This document shows, piece after piece, positions 60,801 to 64,000 of a DNA stretch of 64,000 bases. Positions within the stretch are counted from its first letter, which is position 1. Each line of letters begins with the position of its first letter. The position numbers were made by a program, and so were the translations under genes. Under the pieces are notes generated by a model that made no database searches, was not told where the DNA came from, and worked only from the letters and a program-made list of their open reading frames with translations. This DNA is from Bdellovibrionales bacterium (lineage in GTDB: Bacteria > Bdellovibrionota > Bdellovibrionia > Bdellovibrionales > UBA1609). The stretch is from NCBI GenBank assembly GCA_965205945.1, contig CBDBIB010000002.1, positions 1 through 64,000 on the forward strand. The letters run 5' to 3'.

Positions 60801-61853
60801 CGTATAAGAACCTAAGGTCATGGTACTTCCTGGGTTTTGCATAATATGACTTGTGTTTAGAATCTGATTATTATTAAGATTAAGGTCACCTAATAAAACC
60901 CCTCCTGTAAGAGGAAGTTTTGTATTGTCAGTTCCTGTGGGAACCACTGAGCTTGGTAGAATTCCACTTGTGATTTTATTTGCATGAATACCACTTGCAA
61001 GATGACTGTTTAAAACACCCCCTGGTGCAATTAAAATTGTACCACTGTTTGTAATGGTTCCACCACTTAAGCCGCTTCCTGCTGTAATACTGGTTACAGT
61101 TCCACTACCTTTACCAACAACAGTGGCTGCTGATCCATTGTAGTACATGATTTGATTATTTGTAGAGTTATACCAAATATCTCCTGCCTGAGAATTAGGT
61201 GGTGGATGAGAGCTTGAAAAACTAGGTAAAAAGCTAGCTCCACTGATGCTTAATGGGGAGTATTGATTAGAACTGCCATTAATTAAAGCCATAAGCTCCC
61301 TTTGATTGGCATCATTATCAAACACGGTCTCTAAATTGCTTTGAGTAACACCACGACTTACTTGAATAAAATCATTAACAGCTTTTCCACCAAGTTTGCC
61401 GGCATACTGAGCATAGGGCACACTGTGAATTATATGATCATTTGTTAAAGTAAGAGGGCCGCTGCCATGATCAAAAGTTACTCTAAGCCTTCTTGTATCG
61501 TTTAAGGTTGGAGTGTATGAAGACCCAAAGGCACAACTAAGACTTTTATTGTTTAAAAAAGAATTGTCTAAAGCTTTAGATAAATTTGTTAAGCCTCCAT
61601 TTCCTGTGTTTATTCCAGACCCAACGTTTAAGTTAAAAACTCCCTTTGATCCTATCATATTAAGATTAAAACTTTCTTCGTAAAGAAGACAATGATCCAT
61701 GGAGGATAAAACTTGAACAAGAAAGCTGACATTATTTTCTTCTAAAGCGTCTCCATTGGGTTTTACAATTTGGCCTTGAAAAACAAAAGAACTTGGGGTG
61801 GCTAGAGAATGGGGAGTTAATAGTAAAATTGTGAAGAAAGTTAGAGCTTTCAC
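54837..61853 (-). CDS. Giant fibre-like surface protein: tail-fibre-type stalk repeats, Ig/PKD-like domains, C-terminal BspA/DUF285-like repeats
   Basis: Signal peptide from GTG 61853 (ORF open from 61928); FQGQIVKPNG..CLLYEE N-domain; GDLTGTYPNP..GTYPKVRVDVKGRV and VGVGKASPEALLDVAG fibre motifs; WGDG; WDTSKVTxMxxMF repeats. Confidence 0.88.
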   Translation of the reverse strand: MKALTFFTILLLTPHSLATPSSFVFQGQIVKPNGDALEENNVSFLVQVLSSMDHCLLYEESFNLNMIGSKGVFNLNVGSGINTGNGGLTNLSKALDNSFLNNKSLSCAFGSSYTPTLNDTRRLRVTFDHGSGPLTLTNDHIIHSVPYAQYAGKLGGKAVNDFIQVSRGVTQSNLETVFDNDANQRELMALINGSSNQYSPLSISGASFLPSFSSSHPPPNSQAGDIWYNSTNNQIMYYNGSAATVVGKGSGTVTSITAGSGLSGGTITNSGTILIAPGGVLNSHLASGIHANKITSGILPSSVVPTGTDNTKLPLTGGVLLGDLNLNNNQILNTSHIMQNPGSTMTLGSYTNLEEVSLLGSMNMSNAGATWYNSDSGALKYWNGVSLEVLSTLSSASSVLVNAPLTSSGGSNPTISINLGRGLYNNSGNIDLDLDSSGGLEFNINKLKVKVGSGLKITPRGLEADIGSGLGQLMQVDTLPVCTSGEKIQRNPGAIISYSCVADIDTDTDTSLLGSQAQGDLTGTYPNPSLTPTGVTQGAYPKVRVDVKGRVVEGLSLLKSDIPDLNGEKITSGTISTARLDVGTGSNQLIKLDSSLRLPAVDGSRLINLPSSADNMGDSVARLNINLNQNYLSGDGDNEGIIIDASGRVGVGKASPEALLDVAGTARITQICDERGANCKDVSEGWSLASLAANTVTYTPFGNIQATDVEGALNELESRKAPITRTIRTALNSGLSGGGDLSTDRSLSVDINKTTEKTTADSLDSVLMYDVSQSGLKKITHSNFLNGYLKASLGKSRGNAMDAGGVPSCESNEKLQMSEGPIYLWSCEVDQNTSLLGSQAQGDLTGTYPNPSLIPTGVTPGTYPKVRVDVKGRVVEGLSLLKSDIPDLNGEKITSGTISTARLDVGTGSNQLVKLDSSLRLPAVDGSQLINLPSSADNMGDGIARLNINLNQNYLSGDGDNEGIIIDANGRVGVGKASPEALLDVAGTARITQICDERGANCKDVSEGWSLASLAANTVTYTPFGNIQATDVEGALNELESRKAPITRTITTALNSGLSGGGDLSTNRSLSVDINKTTEKTTADSLDSVLIYDVSQSGLKKITHSNFLNGYLKASLGKSRGNAMDAGGVPSCESNEKLQMSEGPIYSWSCEVDQNTSLLGSQAQGDLTGTYPNPSLTPTGVTPGTYPKVRVDVKGRVVEGLSLLKSDIPDLNGEKITSGTISTARLDVGTGSNQLVKLDSSLRLPAVDGSRLINLPSSADNMGDSIARLNINLNQNYLSGDGDNEGIIIDASGRVGVGKASPEALLDVAGTARITQICDERGANCKDVSEGWSLASLAANTVTYTPFGNIQATDVEGALNELESRKAPITRTIRTALNSGLSGGGDLSTNRSLSVDINKTTEKTTADSLDSVLMYDVSQSGLKKITHSNFLNGYLKASLGKNAGNAMDAGGVPNCESNEKLQMSEGPIYLWSCVTDTSLLGSQAQGDLTGTYPNPSLIPTGVTQGTYPKVRVDVKGRVVEGLSLLKSDIPDLNGEKITSGTISTARLDVGTGSNQLIKLDSSLRLPAVDGSRLINLPSSADNMGDGRARLNINLNQNYLSGDGDDEGITINNNGDVSVSGSISTPGSISTSTVTFLKKVGTVTTPCDSLTEGTLRYNSLGKKLEFCDGVVWKTFLSNNDPTISITNSLSGSYINSINEGGFRVLGTCSEDGELITFSHGTSFITCSNKSFSGDIDFSSLSDGPLSLTASITNIAGNSKTSGVLNLIKDTKPPIVSIGSHIISSSNSIDFPITVSQDFSSINLEKSNVSLTGTTTGCTVLVTNGTTINPSIRISDCSDETGNIQITIASGVAQDAAGNLSDVVSLSTEIQNLGTPFTAKFRIYGSDLNLNLSLSSSYTYNFMVHWGDGTSGVVTSSSDLDKNHTYSSSGTYIVKITGRCPYLNFRDSEQIIEVTELGDTGWESFSYMFYKADNLTLVNGGSTRHVTSMNSMFSYAALANPDTSNWDTSKVTSMGLMFYDAALANPDTSNWDTSKVTDMGLMFYDAALANPDTSNWDTSKVTSMSSMFYNADLANPDTSDWDTSKVTSMSSMFYNADLANPDTSDWDTSKVTSMGFMFSNTALANPDTSDWDTSKVTNMSYMFNSADLANPDTSDWDTSKVTNMSWMFLGAALANPDTSDWDTSKVTNMNSMFYGADLANPDTSNWDTSKVTNMNSMFYGADLANPDTSNWDTSKVINMNSMFNNAALANPDTSNWDTSKVINMNSMFNNAALANPDTSDWDTSKVTSMRSMFNGAASFDQDISSWNVSNVLDCGSFSGRTLTSWTRAEKPNFTRCSPGY
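54968..55905 (-). repeat. Twelve 75-bp (25-aa) BspA/DUF285-like coding repeats
   Basis: ANPDTS(N/D)WDTSKV occurs 12 times at 75-bp spacing. Confidence 0.95.
57035..60328 (-). repeat. About 3.4 near-identical 969-bp (323-aa) stalk repeats
   Basis: Landmarks at 57832, 58801, 59770 (spacing 969); one junction is 6 bp shorter. Confidence 0.93.
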
Positions 61854-61988
61854 ACCTATTTCTATGAAATTTTTTAATAAGTCATATACTCTATACATAT
61901 TGTATATTTCGGATGAAAAGCTTAACAATTAGAGGGAATTAAATAGTTTTTTAGCTCTAATTCTACATTTTTATTTTCATTTAAAATC

Positions 61989-62540
61989 TGTGCTTTTACA
62001 AAACATGCCGATAAGGAGGATTATGTTACTATTTCTGCTTAAAACCACATTATTTTTGATTTGACCTGCTGATTTTAACTATGGTGCTTAAGTGTAAATT
62101 TCTTTGTGACATAAAAATGTTGCAAAATAGTTACGTTTAATTAACAAGATTTTCTTGTTTAAATAATATCTCTATACAAATAAATATTAAAAAAACCTTA
62201 AAGAATATCGCTTTAAATATTTATTTAATTTTATATAATACATATGCTGTATCTTAATAACTTTTAAACTTAGATGTTGGTTAAAATAACAGCTATGATA
62301 AATAAAGATATTTAAATCTAAGCTTTAAAAAAAGAGCGCTAAATATTAAATATTTTTAAAGTAAATTCTAAAGCAGTCCTTATTTTTAATGATAAAAATT
62401 TTATTGAAAATAATAATTTTAAAAAAATAAAGTCTAAACTTTTATAATTAAATACTTTTAAACTTAAATATAATTTTAAAATAGACGTAAATAGACGTAG
62501 TAACATAATCCTCCTTATCGGCATATTTTATAAAAGCACA
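61989..62540. repeat. 43-bp inverted repeat pair enclosing a 466-bp AT-rich segment
   Basis: tgtgcttttacaaaacatgccgataaggaggattatgttacta (61989-62031) versus the reverse complement of 62498-62540; 2 mismatches. Confidence 0.92.
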
Positions 62541-62544
62541 CCAT

Positions 62545-62647
62545 CCATATTAATAACTTTAAAAGTATTCCAACCAGAGATGTTAGGGGGTTACTAAAGC
62601 TGCATTACTCAATGCATATGGCTCATATTAGTAACATGTGTAGCTCC
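62545..62647 (-). pseudogene. Degraded orphan fragment of the BspA-like tip repeat
   Basis: catattaataactttaaaagtattccaaccagagatgttaggggg..ctaaagctgcatta..ctcatattagtaacatgt aligns by eye to the 75-bp repeat and its first-unit junction near 55905. Confidence 0.75.
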
Positions 62648-62684
62648 GACTCCCTACAAGGAAATAACGGCTAGAAAACGCTAA

Positions 62685-62793
62685 GTGTTAGCATTAACTG
62701 CATATTGTCTGCGTCCTTTTAAACCAGCAATACGTGCTTAAAACCATGAAAATAGAGTGTTAAACCAGATTTAAAAAGTCCCAACTCGGGTTA
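62685..62793 (+). mobile_element. IS982-like right-end remnant
   Basis: Reads ALTAYCLRPFKPAI and ends aactcgggtta; diverged inverted copy of 54413-54522. Confidence 0.65.
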
Positions 62794-63003
62794 TTGTAAA
62801 AGTTTAAAATAGCAGAACATAAATTAAAAACCGTCACTTAATAAATGAACTGTTTAAAATTGTTGATCATCCATCCTTAGAATTTATAAATTTATGTAAA
62901 CTTTAAACCCTTTTTAATCAGGGTTTTAGAGGTTTTAATTTTTGTAAAGAGTTTATTTTAAAAAAGGTAAGTGTCATGGGTTACCCTTTAAGTTTTAAAC
63001 AGT

Positions 63004-63573
63004 TTACTTTGAAGATTCAAAGTTTCTGTTATTTGGATTAGGAAGGTTGGGGAGAATTTCAATATATGAGTCTGAGTCAGGGTCTAAACTAGAATTTCCC
63101 ATTGAAACAGCTGCAGAAGCAACACGTTTTTCTAAAGTTTGTTTCATTGCTTCAAAACTTTCTTCTCCACGCTTGGAATTTGCGCTGTTGTTTTGGGGGA
63201 TATTAATACGTTGAGTTTTTTGGTTTTCGTATTCTTCCATGGGAAAAGCTCCTAGTTCTGCAAGGTAGGCGGAAATACTACCATTTTTATGTTGGATCAC
63301 CTCTCTTAAGGTTTTAAGGGGTGCATACTGTGCAGCCTTTTTTTCAGCCTCAAATATTATTTGTGTAAGTGTAGATGCTGTAATATCATTTTTAGTTTTA
63401 TTATCAATAACAACAACTTGTTCATCAGCGCGGATCATTTTAGCAATATCGTCTAAAGTAACATAGCAGCTTTGTTGAGTATCATAGAGCTTTCTGTTTT
63501 GATAACGTTTTACAATCTTAGCCCTACTAGCAGTGGAGTTCATCATAAGCTCCTGGTCTAGTTCGTGATTCAC
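63004..63573 (-). CDS. PhaR-like polyhydroxyalkanoate synthesis regulator DNA-binding domain protein
   Basis: VKRYQNRKLYDTQQSCYVTLDDIAKMIR..VIDNKTKNDITASTLTQII; AAGGAGG RBS + GTG. Confidence 0.88.
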   Translation of the reverse strand: MNHELDQELMMNSTASRAKIVKRYQNRKLYDTQQSCYVTLDDIAKMIRADEQVVVIDNKTKNDITASTLTQIIFEAEKKAAQYAPLKTLREVIQHKNGSISAYLAELGAFPMEEYENQKTQRINIPQNNSANSKRGEESFEAMKQTLEKRVASAAVSMGNSSLDPDSDSYIEILPNLPNPNNRNFESSK

Positions 63574-64000
63574 TAAAGTCCCTCCTTTTGTATATCAGCG
63601 CAAATATCCTTTAAACTAAGGTTTTACACAGACTATCGTTGTGGAGTTTAAAACTTTTTGCCAGATCGTGTCAAGAATGCAGGCAAAATTTTTTATGAAA
63701 AGGCTTAAATTTAAGTAAATTTTTTATAAAAGCTTTAAATTTAGGCGCATTAACTTAAAAATAAATGATATCAAGAACAAATTAAGAGATTTAAGCATAT
63801 TTAAGTTACTTTCCTGATGTGTTTTTTAAAAGCATTTTTAGTTTAGGTTTAAGTTGAATTTTTTTCTCTCTAAGTACTACCTCTTAGAGGGATTTTTAAA
63901 GACTGCTTTTTAGGCGCAAGGTGTTTGTCGCTTTTATACTTTTTTTATACTCCATTAAGTATAAGGTCCTCGTATAAATTTAACTTTACCTGGGTATGCA

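Noticed and set aside
55012..60807. Short plus-strand ORFs inside the fibre gene
   Set aside because: Antisense shadows of the repeats
54837..61928. Prophage tail-fibre gene
   Set aside because: Has a signal peptide and no neighbouring phage structural, integrase or lysis genes
62339..62524. 61-aa minus-strand ORF
   Set aside because: Low-complexity L/F/I/K product of AT-rich DNA starting within the IR arm; not called as a gene despite an RBS-ATG in the arm
54837..62793. Diversity-generating retroelement (tip array plus orphan copy as VR/TR)
   Set aside because: No reverse transcriptase in the window; the orphan copy has indels and its differences are not adenine-specific
1..64000. tRNA, rRNA, riboswitch or defence-system genes
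   Set aside because: None recognised by eye; covariance-model searches would be needed to exclude small RNAs

Overview
AT-rich bacterial chromosome segment, most consistent with a Bdellovibrionota genome. This is an inference from gene order (rpsO-pnp-M16 peptidase-dut; mutL-miaA-yicC-gmk-rpoZ-rel; gspL/M/N-ssb), a PhaR-like protein and a tail-fibre-like surface protein. A housekeeping core (about 11.6-54.3 kb) is bracketed by two giant repeat-rich surface-protein loci. Left (1-10.6 kb): about 10 near-identical 837-bp units encoding Cys-paired Ig-like domains on the minus strand. They meet a plus-strand copy of the same unit at a palindromic junction (about 8,185/8,200), and the plus-strand ORF ends in a fibrinogen-like YCDxxxxGGGW domain. 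This junction and an error cluster at about 3.4-3.6 kb may be assembly artefacts. Right (54.4-62.8 kb): a roughly 2,340-aa fibre-like protein with 969-bp stalk repeats and a tip of twelve 75-bp BspA/DUF285-like repeats that have a nearly invariant framework and variable positions. Upstream of it lie a 43-bp inverted-repeat pair enclosing an AT-rich segment and a degraded orphan copy of the tip repeat, and the locus is flanked by two oppositely oriented IS982-like remnants. This right-hand locus is the best candidate for an undescribed surface-variation system. Internally deleted IS256-like and IS5/IS903-like remnants, a three-gene small-lipoprotein cluster, a probable ATT start codon and a Fur-box-preceded folE2-fur-uvrA operon are also present. 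No rRNA, tRNA or CRISPR array was recognised.
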